DNA of 64,000 bases from an uncultured Thiotrichales bacterium (GCA_964610175.1 CAZSVE010000003.1:2193-66192); one strand, 5' to 3'. Positions 18,675 through 28,999 are shown, numbered from the stretch's first letter. The notes: a model not told the origin generated them from the sequence alone. Numbers and translations: made by a program.

Positions 18675-19883
18675 TCATCCCAGCAAGAACTCCTTGAAAT
18701 CCCTTTTGGCAAGTATCAGGGACAGGTCCCAGTACACTTCCGAAAAGAGGGGAACGATCCTGATGGCCTCTCTGAAATGGTGCTTTACTTCCTCGATATT
18801 CCTTCCAGTGCCCAAAAGCAGCAGGGCGAGATTATGATGGGCCCTGGCAAACTCGGCATCGCGCTCTATGGCGTTTTGGAGACTTTCCACGGCCCTTTCG
18901 GGATCATTCAATTCATCCACGCATAACAGCGCCAGATTGTAATATGCTTCGGCATATTGTGGGTTGTACGTGATGGCCTTTTCATAGTTTTCCTCGGCAA
19001 GTTTCGGGTTCCCTTCCCGTTCGCATAAAAAGGCCAACGCACAGTAGAACTCGGCGGATTCGGGATTTACCTCCAGCATCTCCAATGCCTCCCTCGCCTT
19101 GGCGAGATAAGGCGATCTCTCCTTGCTTTCGTCTTCGCTCCCATGCCCTTTTTCGCCTTCGGGCGCATCCAGGGGGGAGGCCTTGTCCAGCATATATTGT
19201 CTGATGTACAACCTGGCGAGGTCGAGATTGTCCGTTTCGCCACCCGCCAGGCCTTTCAATATGAACTCCCTCCCTTCGAAATCCGGCTTCAATATTTCCA
19301 GTTTGTCCAGCTCCTCCGATTCCGATACCGCCATGGGGCTTTTCAACCTGCCCAATTCCTTGGTTATTTCCGTATTCCTGCCGTCCCTCGCGAGGGCATG
19401 GACCCGCTCTTCCCTTAGTTCGTTGATGGCGTCGGCAGAGATCAGATCGAACCCCTTATCGAGAGATTCCCGCGCCTGGTAACCCTCTCCCAGCCTCAGA
19501 TAATTCTCCACCAGAGACACATGATATTGGACTTTATCGGGACTTATCTCGACGCATTCCGTAAGCGCTTCCACGGCCCCTTGCCACCGCGACGACGCAA
19601 TACAGACCCGCGCCAGGGAGAATGATGCATTTTCCACATCCGATTTCTTTCCCGACAATGGTTTCTTCGCCAGCTTCCGGGCGATATCGAATTCCTGAAT
19701 CGATTTGTCGAATTCCTGTAACTCGAAGTGTTTACGGCCGAAATCATAGTGCTTGCGGTACAGATATTTATTGATCCGGATGATGGCCATCACGACGGCG
19801 ATAACGGCAAGGATGAACAAAATCCCGTAGATGGCAATCTCCTGCTGATTATTTTTTAGATATTCGGATAGTTGATTGAACAT
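18675..19883 (-). CDS. Tetratricopeptide-repeat protein, N-terminally anchored
   Basis: 402 aa. TM helix IAIYGILFILAVIAVVMAII, followed by multiple TPR-like A..Y..LA motifs (AEFYCALAFL, AEAYYNLALL, ARAHHNLALL). Confidence 0.7.
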   Translation of the reverse strand: MFNQLSEYLKNNQQEIAIYGILFILAVIAVVMAIIRINKYLYRKHYDFGRKHFELQEFDKSIQEFDIARKLAKKPLSGKKSDVENASFSLARVCIASSRWQGAVEALTECVEISPDKVQYHVSLVENYLRLGEGYQARESLDKGFDLISADAINELREERVHALARDGRNTEITKELGRLKSPMAVSESEELDKLEILKPDFEGREFILKGLAGGETDNLDLARLYIRQYMLDKASPLDAPEGEKGHGSEDESKERSPYLAKAREALEMLEVNPESAEFYCALAFLCEREGNPKLAEENYEKAITYNPQYAEAYYNLALLCVDELNDPERAVESLQNAIERDAEFARAHHNLALLLLGTGRNIEEVKHHFREAIRIVPLFSEVYWDLSLILAKRDFKEFLLG

Positions 19884-20150
19884 GGGCTGCGCTTCATAGG
19901 TTGATCATTCTTACACGATGCCCTGTGGGGCGGGTTTTTCTTCGAGGACTTGGTTTTTCTCATACATCGGAAATCGGGATACTGTCCTCAGGGACAGCGC
20001 TTCCGGCAACCCATTCCGGGCCTCGCCGAAAACGATATCTTTTGGACGGCGCTTTCGTTTTTCCGGTATTTTGTCGATCCCCCGCTCGTCCTTGGGAGGT
20101 GATGCATCTCGATGTGATTTGTTTCCATCGGGACGCCCGAGGCAAAGGCG

Positions 20151-21041
20151 CTACCCGAACAATCCGACGAACACGAGACCCACTGCCACATAAATAGCGG
20201 CCTCCAGGGAACCGATGGCTACATTTCTTTGCACGTCCACCTCCTCGCCCACATCGATTCCCGGCAACAACACCAAACGCGCCCCGATGGATACCACGGT
20301 CTGCGCCAAAAACATGACGAGCGCTACGATGCTCCATACGAGCAGGGAAAACGCCACGTCATCCGTGGCGTAGACCACGATGCCCGAAGCCGCCGTCACC
20401 GCGAGCCCGACCCCGATTCGGTGCCCGGCGAAACGCACCGCCAACGCGATGTTCCCCTCCGCAATCCCCTGTTGCAGCGAATTCCCGGGATGGCGCCGCG
20501 CGAACACCGCCGCGCGATAACGGGCGGCGAGATACAAGATGACCTGGGCAACCAGGTAACCCGCCAGCACCACGGCGATGCCCGCATAGGTCGAGCCATC
20601 CACCCAGCTCATCGCGGCCCGGACGATGATGGCGGTGGCCACCAGATTCCCTGCCTCCACCAGGGCCGCGGCGATATTCCCCCGCTGAATCAGGTCCCGT
20701 ATCGGGATCTTCGGCATCGACAAATGATCGAATATCCGGCTGGTAATCCACATGAGCACAATGCCGACCAGTCCGTAGCCCAGCATCAACAACGCCTCTT
20801 GCCCGGGGCTTCCGCCGGCATCCCCCGCCACCGCGCCCATGAGCATTACGGCAACCCCGATGACCGCGCCGGTCAGGGAAATGCCCACGGCGGCGTTATC
20901 GTCTTCGGAAAGCACCTCATGCAGCGAGATATTGGCGACCAGACCCGAGAAAAAGCGCAATCCGGCCAGGATGGCAAGTACGACGACCAAATCGATGGCG
21001 TAATACTCCAGGGACGCATCATGAAGCATCACATAGTTCAT
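20151..21041 (-). CDS. Multi-repeat DUF350-family membrane protein
   Basis: Track ORF 20151..21131, with the start set at MNYVML. Four repeats carry the DUF350-like signature (e.g. EDDNAAVGISLTGAVIG, QRGNIAAALVEAGNLVA, AEGNIALAVRFAGHRIG, VQRNVAIGSLEAAIYVA). Confidence 0.6.
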   Translation of the reverse strand: MNYVMLHDASLEYYAIDLVVVLAILAGLRFFSGLVANISLHEVLSEDDNAAVGISLTGAVIGVAVMLMGAVAGDAGGSPGQEALLMLGYGLVGIVLMWITSRIFDHLSMPKIPIRDLIQRGNIAAALVEAGNLVATAIIVRAAMSWVDGSTYAGIAVVLAGYLVAQVILYLAARYRAAVFARRHPGNSLQQGIAEGNIALAVRFAGHRIGVGLAVTAASGIVVYATDDVAFSLLVWSIVALVMFLAQTVVSIGARLVLLPGIDVGEEVDVQRNVAIGSLEAAIYVAVGLVFVGLFG

Positions 21042-21171
21042 GGGGGAGTCTCCGTTGAATTGAAAAATCACCAATATCGGCGAGGCACGCCAAACATAAG
21101 GCCGAGATAGGCGTCGAAAGGGTGCCTGCAACCAAGCTCACTTCGAGACTTTTGCACGAAGTGCAAAGTTC

Positions 21172-21753
21172 TCACTTTATATTCCCGAATGGGAAGAAGG
21201 ACATCGGCGCGGCCATGGTAGAGGTATTCTTGCCCATGAGTCCTACGTTACCGGCCATGTATCCCATATTGCCGCCCATGTAACCCATGGTAATTTCGAT
21301 ACCGGCCATGCGCTTGTCCATTTGCGCCATGGTCCCGTCGATTGTACTCATGTCGGATTTCATTGCCTTCATGTCATTGGCCATGCTATCCATGTTTCCC
21401 GCCATCGAGCCCATATCGCCTTGCATGCTTTCCATATACCCTTCCATCTTATCCATATCGGAGTGCATCCCTACCATTGCCTCCTTCATCGGACGGAGGA
21501 CATTGGCACGCATCTCCACAAGGACAATGGCGATCACAATAGCTCCGATCAGTGCCGCGGACACCGAAAAGGCAAACTCGCGGCGCTGATGCCTCAGATC
21601 CTTGCGCTGATTATCGAGATGCTGCTTCATGATCTCCTCGCGTTGATCGGAATCCTCATGGATCAGCGCGAGGAGCTTCGTGATTTCCTCGAGGATATCG
21701 TCATGTTTCGTCGGGACCATCTCATTCGTAGGCGCCATACTCACAATCTCCAA
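21172..21753 (-). CDS. Methionine-rich single-pass membrane protein (hypothetical)
   Basis: 193 aa. One TM helix (FAFSVSAALIGAIVIAIVLV), then a ~115-aa tail with ~25 Met at 3-4-residue spacing (MKEAMVGMHSDMDKMEGYMESMQGDMGSMAGNMDSMANDMKAMKSDM...). Confidence 0.6.
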   Translation of the reverse strand: MEIVSMAPTNEMVPTKHDDILEEITKLLALIHEDSDQREEIMKQHLDNQRKDLRHQRREFAFSVSAALIGAIVIAIVLVEMRANVLRPMKEAMVGMHSDMDKMEGYMESMQGDMGSMAGNMDSMANDMKAMKSDMSTIDGTMAQMDKRMAGIEITMGYMGGNMGYMAGNVGLMGKNTSTMAAPMSFFPFGNIK

Positions 21754-21785
21754 AATTATCTCCAGGGACCGAATTCACGAAGATG

Positions 21786-21897
21786 TACGAAACGCCGGTT
21801 TTGCTTTACCGATGCCGGTTCATGCCTTGTCGGGTTACGCCCTTCGGTCTAACCCGACCTACTCCGATCTTGTCGGTTCGAGTACAAGCTTGGCTGG
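21786..21897 (-). repeat. F1, diverged partial copy with an internal ~35-bp insert
   Basis: Reads GTACGAAACGCCGGTTTTGCTTTACCGATGCCGGTTCATGCCTTGTCGG [GTTACGCCCTTCGGTCTAACCCGACCTACTCCGATC] TTGTCGGTTCGAGTACAAGCTTGGCTGG. Confidence 0.65.
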
Positions 21898-21993
21898 AGA
21901 GATTTACGTGTTCGATCTCGAAATCCAAAGACTCCTGCCGGATTCTGCATGTAGGCTACCGAATCACTCCCGATCCGGCTATTTACGATCCGG

Positions 21994-23061
21994 TTATTTC
22001 CCACGGCGAAATCCACGGGAGCGGCTACTCGTGCCGCGGCTGCTGGCGCCGAAAAACGACGAGCGGCGTTTCACGTTCGTCCCGGTACGGCTACCGGTAG
22101 ATGACGACGATGGCATGCGACCGCTCTTGAGCGCCGAACTCGTGCGGGCGCGGTGGGAGGCATAGGTGCTGGTGCGCTTCCTGCCCGCCACGCTGCCGTA
22201 ATTCTTCGGCCTTGGGGTTCGAATCCCTTGCCGGGCCAATCGATCCCGCCCATTTCGCCAGGTATCCCGATCCGCCCGCGACCCATAGGCGCCCCGGCCC
22301 GCATCGTGATAAAAGCTGTACCGGGGCCTGCCGTACCAGGCATCGTGATAGACGGGGCCCCGATGGAATCCGCCGCCGAATCCGCCACCCATGAGCCCCG
22401 CCACATCGGTGAACATGCGGTACATCCCGTACCATTCCCAGAATGAATGCCCCGAAGAATCCGTCTTCCACTGCCCGTATTCCGGATTGCCCACCAGGTA
22501 ACTCCCCGGAACCTGGCCCCCTTTCACCGCCGCGGCCTCGGCACTCCCCGGTACATTGATGCGCGGTAATTTCCCTTGGGAGAGATCGGCCAGGGTATTC
22601 ACCACATCCAGCAGCGCATCGTTGTACACCACCGGATCGCTGCCCGCCTCCAGCGCGTTCAATTCCTGATAGGCCTTGGCGAACTCCTGCTTGTTTCCGG
22701 GGGTTCGGTTCACCTTCGACAGGCGCTTGCGCAATCCCTGATACAGCGGCCCCTTGGTGGTCCCATCCAGGCGGAGCTGCGTGGCGATATCGCCAAGTGC
22801 CGGTTGCTGGCGCGTCAGCCGATCGGCATAGTTTTTGATAATACGGACGTTGACCAGGGAGTCCGAACCGATTTTCTTTCCAAGTTCGGTCAGTTGTCGT
22901 TCCACGCCCGCCGCCTTGTTCGCGGCCTCATCGGCATACTGGTTGGAACAGCCCGGAAGCCCTACCAGGAATAACGCCAGCAGGACAATCAGAGAGGAAA
23001 CTGGCGATGGCGATGGCCAAACGGCGCATCGGGACCGTGGAGTAAAGTTATTGATACGCAT
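21994..23061 (-). CDS. Lipoprotein, hypothetical (Gly/Ser/Arg-rich C-terminus)
   Basis: Track ORF 21994..23148. The 5' end of that ORF is repeat-derived, so the start is set at MRINNF... Lipobox LFLVGLPGC. The C-terminus is low-complexity (GGGFGGGFHRG ... SSRGTSSRSRGFRRGK). Confidence 0.55.
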   Translation of the reverse strand: MRINNFTPRSRCAVWPSPSPVSSLIVLLALFLVGLPGCSNQYADEAANKAAGVERQLTELGKKIGSDSLVNVRIIKNYADRLTRQQPALGDIATQLRLDGTTKGPLYQGLRKRLSKVNRTPGNKQEFAKAYQELNALEAGSDPVVYNDALLDVVNTLADLSQGKLPRINVPGSAEAAAVKGGQVPGSYLVGNPEYGQWKTDSSGHSFWEWYGMYRMFTDVAGLMGGGFGGGFHRGPVYHDAWYGRPRYSFYHDAGRGAYGSRADRDTWRNGRDRLARQGIRTPRPKNYGSVAGRKRTSTYASHRARTSSALKSGRMPSSSSTGSRTGTNVKRRSSFFGASSRGTSSRSRGFRRGK

Positions 23062-23069
23062 GATTGACA

Positions 23070-23094
23070 ACATGTTGGCGCTTCGCGCCAAGAC
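23070..23094 (-). repeat. F2, 3'-terminal fragment
   Basis: Reads CATGTTGGCGCTTCGCGCCAAGAC, the reverse complement of the F2 GCGAAGC-centred palindrome end. Confidence 0.7.
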
Positions 23095-23202
23095 CTGGCG
23101 AAGCTTCGCTTCGAGCCGATGAAGCATGATTCGGCATTCGTAGAGCAAAGTCGGCGTCTTGTAAAACCTGGCTCATTTGCCAAGACGAGCGGGAAATAGA
23201 CA
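23095..23202 (+). repeat. F1, full-length copy (first of a head-to-tail pair)
   Basis: Reads CTGGCGAAGCTTCGCTTCGAGCCGATGAAGCATGATTCGG...CCAAGACGAGCGGGAAATAGACA. Confidence 0.85.
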
Positions 23203-23314
23203 CTAACGAAGCCTGTGCTCGAACCGGTGAAACATGATTGAGCCTTGGTAAGGCGGAATTGGCGCCTTGTAAAAACTTGATCCGATTGCGAAGCCGAGCG
23301 GGAAATAAACAACT
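23203..23314 (+). repeat. F1, full-length copy (second of the pair)
   Basis: Reads CTAACGAAGCCTGTGCTCGAACCGGTGAAACATGATTG...GCGAAGCCGAGCGGGAAATAAACAAC. It abuts the previous copy. Confidence 0.85.
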
Positions 23315-23865
23315 GCAAAGAGGGGGTATGCCTTATCGCGCCCCGGATCGTCCAGGATGCTTTTTCCGATACTCGAACCAGTAAAGCCGTGCCTCGGACT
23401 TACGACTCGTGAGCGCGATGAACATCGCATCCCTGGCGTTTCAGCCACCCCCGCCGCGAGGCCAAAACCGCCTCGACGCCAGGCTCGCGGGAGGCGTCGC
23501 TCGAAAATCCGGCACAATCCACAACAGAAATGATGAGCGATAGGAACAATAACCGAAGTTGTACACTTCAATAAGATTTTACAGAAAATTTTTCGGGCTG
23601 TATGTAATGCAATCAACCCCAGCCAACGACAATAATAGCGAAAGAGGATAAGGGAAGAGGATAGGATTTCCACTTCGAAACCACTTTGGTTATGCTTGGC
23701 AGGGTAGTGGGAAATGGTTCGTTTCACCCAGTGTGCGACACTGGCTAGCGGAGTTTCGCTAGAATTCGGTTGCGGCTTTGCTGCGCCGGGCATCGATGAT
23801 GTAACAGGTCCTTTCTGTTTTCTGAGTGAAAAAGCGGACTTTTTCACCATCCTGCCAATCACCAC

Positions 23866-23953
<88 letters not shown>

Positions 23954-24017
23954 TTATCCGATCCGATCTCTTTGCGAATCAGCATGTTGCGTGTGTTTGA
24001 GGCATCGCAAAAATTAA

Positions 24018-24090
24018 AGTTCTCGAGAGAACCTGTGTGCGCGCATGGACCCATCCCGCTTCGGTCCTGGCGCGAAGCGCCAACATGATT
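24018..24090 (+). repeat. F2, partial copy
   Basis: Reads ...GCGCGCATGGACCCATCCCGCTTCGGTCCTGGCGCGAAGCGCCAACATGATTC. Confidence 0.75.
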
Positions 24091-24369
24091 CTTGCTTCGT
24101 TTTCCAATGCGCACGCGCTGGAGGGGGGAGAGGCGCATCGCTCTGCTTTCTTCGTCCATACCCCTGCCGTACTCGGATTCCGGCATCCTAACGTTACATC
24201 TATCCTCCCCATTGCGTGGAAAAAACACACCCTCAATCGATATAGGCAGGGAAGTGAGTATAATGATCGCACGAGAATGGCGGGTAAAAAATATTGTAAT
24301 TCAATAATATATAATACTAATATAGGAATATTCCCGTGCGCTTGGAGGATGCACCCGAAAATCGATGTT

Positions 24370-24409
24370 CTAGCGAGGCTGCGCCTCGGATCGATGAAGC
24401 ATGATTCGT
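24370..24409 (+). repeat. F1, 5'-module fragment
   Basis: Reads CTAGCGAGGCTGCGCCTCGGATCGATGAAGCATGATTCG, after which the homology ends. Confidence 0.7.
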
Positions 24410-24708
24410 TGTGTGGTTACCTCTCATCCATAATGGGCAAAGGCGCGAAGCGCTGTGCCCATCCTACAAGGCTGATATAAACGGAAGATCGCCAATCGGT
24501 TTCGGATTCTTGGGTGGACCTTGAGCCAATGATGTTCGCTTGCTCTCAAGCTCTCGCTTGGGAACCGGCGGAAAGGTTTTTTCTCGATTACGCCGCTTTC
24601 CAAAACTCGATCCATTTGTAAGGATTTCGGGTACTCGAATCTTTTGTAGAGATTGGATTCGTCAATGCTGTTTTTTTTCGGAGTCCATTGATTTTTGTGA
24701 GTATAGTC

Positions 24709-26925
24709 ATGAGCATAGAACAATCAAAAGAAGAAGAACAACCAAAAGAAGAGTTTGTAGAGATCGACGAGCGTAAGTTTTTCATAGGTAGGGGAGAACC
24801 GCTGCCGCTTGGTGCTACGGTTCAACCGGGTGGAATCAATTTTTCGATATTTTCAAGGCATGCAACTGCGGTTACGTTGGTGATTTCGTTGCCGCGCAAA
24901 TTCGCAAAGCGTCGGGATGAGCTTTTGTGCACGGGTTTGGCTGGTGATCCCGATGGCGATAATGGGGATGGGTCATTGAAGCGGATTACGGAGGTTCCGT
25001 TGGACCCCGGAGTCAACAAGACGGGAGATGTATGGCACGTCTTCATTCAAGACCTCGATCCGGGTGTGCACTACGGCTATCGAATGGATTGTGCACCTAA
25101 TTCGAATCCCAAGGTACAGCGTTTCGATAAGGAAAAGGTCTTACTGGATCCATACGCACACACGATTTCCGGTCGCCTCGAGTGGGGAATATTGTCCGAT
25201 GCCGATAACGCGCACCCGGGTCGATTCGGAGAGCGGTGCTCCATCGTGTTGCAGGATGATTTCGACTGGGGCGATGATCAGCCACTCAATGTCCCTTTGG
25301 CCGACTCTATCATCTACGAGCTGCATGTCAGGGGGTTTACGCGCCATTCATCTTCCGGTGTGCGGGCCCCGGGTACATTTCTCGGTTTGATGGAAAAGAT
25401 CCCCTACCTCGAATCCCTCGGCATCACGGCTGTCGAGTTACTTCCCGTCTATGAGTTCGAAGAACGGGATACCGATCGGATAAATCCGACAACCGGTGAA
25501 CCGCTATTGAACTATTGGGGTTACCATCCTATTTCGTTTTTTGCATTGAAGAATTCCTATGGAAGCAACAAGGAGGATGGAGCTGTCGTACGGGAATTCA
25601 AATCCATGGTAAAGGCGTTTCACGAAGCAGGGATCGAGGTTATTCTGGATGTGGTTTTCAACCACACGGCGGAAGGGGATGAACACGGTACCACGTTCTC
25701 ACTTCGGGGTATCGATAATTCGGTATATTACATCGTTGACATGGAAGAAGGCGCTTACCATAACTACTCCGGATGTGGTAATACCGTCAACTGTAATCAT
25801 CCCGTGGTTCGGGACATGATATTGGATAGTCTGCGGTATTGGTCGACGGAAATGCACGTGGATGGTTTTCGATTCGATCTGGCCTCGATACTTGGGCGTG
25901 GGCGAGATGGTTCGGTGCTGCACAATCCGCCACTGTTGGAACAGATTGCCGCCGATCCGGTGCTCGCAAACACCAAGCTAATCGCTGAAGCATGGGATGC
26001 GGCTGGGGTCTATCAAGTCGGCAGCTTCCCCAATTGGGGGCGTTGGGCGGAATGGAACGGGCGTTTCCGGGATGATGTTCGACGGTTCGTGCGCGGTGAT
26101 CCCGGCATGGTGCAGACCTTGGCGACAAGGATGGCCGGTAGCCCGGACCTTTATCAGACTGATCGCGAGCCTTATCACAGCATTAATTTCGTGACCTGCC
26201 ATGATGGATTTACACTTATGGACGTGGCTTCGTATAACGGGAAGCACAATATCGAAAATGGAGAGGATGAACGGGACGGCCATAACGATAATCTCAGTTG
26301 GAACTGTGGTGAAGAGGGGCCAACGGACACTGAAACGGTAAACCAGCTACGCAGACGCCAGGTAAAAAACATGGCGGCATTGCTTTTGTTGTCTCATGGT
26401 GTGCCGATGGTGCTCAGTGGCGATGAAATGGGACGCACCCAGCAGGGTAATAATAATGCCTACTGCCAAGACAATGAGATTAGCTGGATCGATTGGGAAC
26501 TGACACGGGAAAACGCGGATTTGGTGCGGTTCTTTCAGCGATTGATCGAGCTGCGGCGTACACATGCCGCGCTTCGAAGGGAATCATTCTTACCGGATGA
26601 AAAGGGCACCACGGTTTCCGTGGAATGGCATGGCGTTGTCCCATACCAACCGGATTGGTCCTATGAATCGAGAACACTCGCCAAATGCCTGCGGGCGATC
26701 ACCCCCGATGGCGAAACCGAGAGTATTTATTTGATTGCAAGCGCTTATTCGGAGCCACTATCATTCGAGCTTCCCAGCATTACGGATCGGGTATGGTACC
26801 GGGTTTCCGATACGTCACTGGATGCGCCGCGGGATATCGTGGACCTTGGTAAGGAAGAGCGTCTCGATGAGCAGAGGAACTACTTGGTACAACCTCGTTC
26901 AGTGGTGGTATTGATCGGGAAATAA
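24709..26925 (+). CDS. glgX: Glycogen debranching enzyme GlgX (GH13 isoamylase-type)
   Basis: Track ORF 24688..26925. GH13 conserved regions are readable (DVVFNHT, GFRFDLAS, EAWD, FVTCHDGFTL), as is the N-terminal GlgX-type domain (GATVQPGGINFSIFS). Confidence 0.92.
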   Translation: MSIEQSKEEEQPKEEFVEIDERKFFIGRGEPLPLGATVQPGGINFSIFSRHATAVTLVISLPRKFAKRRDELLCTGLAGDPDGDNGDGSLKRITEVPLDPGVNKTGDVWHVFIQDLDPGVHYGYRMDCAPNSNPKVQRFDKEKVLLDPYAHTISGRLEWGILSDADNAHPGRFGERCSIVLQDDFDWGDDQPLNVPLADSIIYELHVRGFTRHSSSGVRAPGTFLGLMEKIPYLESLGITAVELLPVYEFEERDTDRINPTTGEPLLNYWGYHPISFFALKNSYGSNKEDGAVVREFKSMVKAFHEAGIEVILDVVFNHTAEGDEHGTTFSLRGIDNSVYYIVDMEEGAYHNYSGCGNTVNCNHPVVRDMILDSLRYWSTEMHVDGFRFDLASILGRGRDGSVLHNPPLLEQIAADPVLANTKLIAEAWDAAGVYQVGSFPNWGRWAEWNGRFRDDVRRFVRGDPGMVQTLATRMAGSPDLYQTDREPYHSINFVTCHDGFTLMDVASYNGKHNIENGEDERDGHNDNLSWNCGEEGPTDTETVNQLRRRQVKNMAALLLLSHGVPMVLSGDEMGRTQQGNNNAYCQDNEISWIDWELTRENADLVRFFQRLIELRRTHAALRRESFLPDEKGTTVSVEWHGVVPYQPDWSYESRTLAKCLRAITPDGETESIYLIASAYSEPLSFELPSITDRVWYRVSDTSLDAPRDIVDLGKEERLDEQRNYLVQPRSVVVLIGK

Positions 26926-26953
26926 GGGGTAATGCTTCGTCTTTCGAGTACAC

Positions 26954-27040
26954 GTATCGGAAAAATAAAAATTCTGAAAAACCTAGCCTCGAAATCAAGG
27001 CCCACCCCCTTCAGTCTTGGCGCGAAGCGCTAACATATTC
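26954..27040 (+). repeat. F2, copy
   Basis: Reads GTATCGGAAAAATAAAAATTCTGAAAAACC...GGCCCACCCCCTTCAGTCTTGGCGCGAAGCGCTAACATATTC. Confidence 0.8.
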
Positions 27041-27090
27041 ATCTATTTGGAAAAACGAAGTTTCCGAAAGCTTTTGGGGGTTCGAATAAC

Positions 27091-27117
27091 CTAGCGAAGC
27101 TTCGCTTCGAACCGACA
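27091..27117 (+). repeat. F1, 5'-module fragment
   Basis: Reads CTAGCGAAGCTTCGCTTCGAACCGACA. Confidence 0.7.
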
Positions 27118-27617
27118 TGAAAAAAGGATGGATGTACGGAATTAGCGGTTCTTCGAACATTTTCTGCCAAATTGCCGAGAAAAAGATAAGGGTATGGCAA
27201 GGCAGGGAATCAAGGAAAAGCAACCTGTAATTCCTCCTTGACTTGCCAAAGAGGGTTTGGGATACGAGAAGAAACGAATCTCCTAACCCTCCTAACCCCC
27301 CTAACGAACTCCACATATAGAGTGGAGCTTTTCCCCGAAACGCGGTTTGGCGTTCTCTCCAATTTGGAATCTCATCTATTTCGGGCGGCGATTCCGGAAC
27401 ATGATCCGTAACTTCCTTGTACTGCTTTTTCACTCGGCTGGCCAGAACATAATACCCCTTCAGTACAACTCTATTGTTACCACCAGTAATAGCATAAACA
27501 ATCAAAATTGATTATGATTACGCCGATTATCGTGGGAATATCGGACAATTTCAGGGTGGTCCGACTATCGAGAATTCATCCTTCAATGCTTGTAAATGAA
27601 CCGCTTGGGAGTCCAAA

Positions 27618-28358
27618 TTGAATAGAAAAAAGCGCTTCGGCATAGAAATCGTCTTGTTTTTATTTCTATACATGTTGGCCAGCGGATGCAGTGGAGCGTC
27701 TGCCCAGGAAGAGGGGGATGGCGATCCCCTAAAGGGCATGAATGAAATCTTCTATGGGATCAACGATGTGTTGGACAAGGCCTTTCTCGAGCCGGTCGCC
27801 GAAATCTACGCAGACCACCTTCCGGCGGGCTTCCAATCCGGGATTTCGAATTTCTTCGATAATCTGGCCTATCCCGGTGTCATAATCAATAACATCCTGC
27901 AAGGCAAGATCGGGAATGGCATCAAGAGCACGGGACGTTTTATCATAAATACGATATTCGGTATCGGTGGATTGTTCGATCCAGCCACCTCCCTGGGACT
28001 CGAGCGCCAGAAGGAAGATTTTGGTCAGACGCTTGGCGTATGGGGTGCGGGCGAGGGAGCATACCTCGTTTTACCGGCCATCGGTCCGAGCTCCGTCCGT
28101 GACACCCCCGGTGTGGTTGCGGACATCTTTACCAACCTGCTCTACTACGCAGAGTCGAGCGTCATGGTCCCGCTTATCGCCGTCAGGGCCGTCGAGCGCA
28201 GGGCGGACTTCCTGGAAGTAACCCGTGTACGCGACAAATCACTGGACCCCTACCTCTTTACGCGAGAAGCCTATCGGCAACGGCGAATGGACCTTATCTA
28301 CGACGGAGAACCGCCATACCAGTATGATGTGTACGAGGACGACGAAGAATCACAGTAA
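27618..28358 (+). CDS. mlaA: MlaA/VacJ-family outer-membrane lipoprotein
   Basis: 246 aa. A TTG start gives a lipoprotein signal with lipobox LASGC. Conserved MlaA blocks are present (DPLKGMNEIFYGINDVLDKAFLEPVAEIY, NTIFGIGGLFDPA, DFGQTLGVWG, DPYLFTREAYRQRR). Confidence 0.9.
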   Translation: MNRKKRFGIEIVLFLFLYMLASGCSGASAQEEGDGDPLKGMNEIFYGINDVLDKAFLEPVAEIYADHLPAGFQSGISNFFDNLAYPGVIINNILQGKIGNGIKSTGRFIINTIFGIGGLFDPATSLGLERQKEDFGQTLGVWGAGEGAYLVLPAIGPSSVRDTPGVVADIFTNLLYYAESSVMVPLIAVRAVERRADFLEVTRVRDKSLDPYLFTREAYRQRRMDLIYDGEPPYQYDVYEDDEESQ

Positions 28359-28583
28359 AACAATATGAGTTCATTGTCGTCCGAACGTAGAAGATCGAAT
28401 ACTCCGAAAATTCGTTGACAGAGAGTCCCTAGAGAGTCCCTTGTTCAGGGGGTCTCTTACTCCCTGTTCAGCGGTAATATTCGCACATCATTGCACGCGA
28501 TGACTTTCCGCCGAATCGGAGAAGGTGCAAGCCGCCCTGTGGCCTGTTTCTGGGATCAAGAAACTCCTTGACCGTCCCCCTCA

Positions 28584-28997
28584 TCAAAGTTCCTCCTCGG
28601 ACATCAGCTTTATTCCATTCTCCTTCAACAAGGTTGAAGTGACGCCATTACCCGATATCACCTTGCCGGAAAAGGTGCCGTCGTAGATCTCACCGACACC
28701 ACAAGAGGGACTTCTCTGTTTCAGGATTGCCTCTCCGATACCATACAGTCTTGCCAACAATAAGCTCCCGTGCGCGCCTCTCTGGAAGTTTTCCGTAACA
28801 TCCTCTCCTTTCTTCGTAACCACCTGTTCACCCCGTTGCTCGGAAGGGATTCGGGGGGTCGGCAAACCTCCACACTGCTCGGGACAGACCGGAATCAGCA
28901 CTTCTTCTCGGGCGAGTTCCAAAACCTTTCCATTCTTATTATTGCCTCCATCGTATCTGCAATCGATGCCGAGCAGACAGGCGCTACAAAGTTTCAT
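28584..28997 (-). CDS. DUF523-family protein (2-thiouracil desulfurase-like)
   Basis: Start set at MKLCSACLLG, because the upstream part of the track ORF is translated from an F1 repeat. Cys pattern CLLGIDCRYDGG...PVCPEQCGGLPTPR...SPSCG is typical of DUF523. Confidence 0.78.
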   Translation of the reverse strand: MKLCSACLLGIDCRYDGGNNKNGKVLELAREEVLIPVCPEQCGGLPTPRIPSEQRGEQVVTKKGEDVTENFQRGAHGSLLLARLYGIGEAILKQRSPSCGVGEIYDGTFSGKVISGNGVTSTLLKENGIKLMSEEEL

Positions 28998-28999
28998 GA

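Noticed and set aside
23824-23854. 31-bp hairpin motif GAGTGAAAAAGCG(G/A)ACTTTTTCA(C/T)CATCCTG, also present at 29254-29284
   Set aside because: Only two copies were seen (2 mismatches). It may be a further small repeat family or a terminator-like hairpin, but there is too little evidence to call a feature.
24285-24335. AT-rich patch (AAAAAATATTGTAATTCAATAATATATAATACTAATATAGGAATATT) downstream of tRNA-Ser
   Set aside because: It could be an integration junction or promoter UP-like element at a tRNA-linked hotspot. No integrase, direct repeat of the tRNA 3' end or other island hallmark is visible nearby.
27011-27505. 164-aa ORF on the - strand between glgX and mlaA
   Set aside because: Its C-terminal third is translated from F1/F2 repeat sequence (…SVRSEASLGYS…). 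The rest has no recognisable motif, and no SD is evident. A short genuine gene in 27130-27505 cannot be excluded, but I cannot support it.
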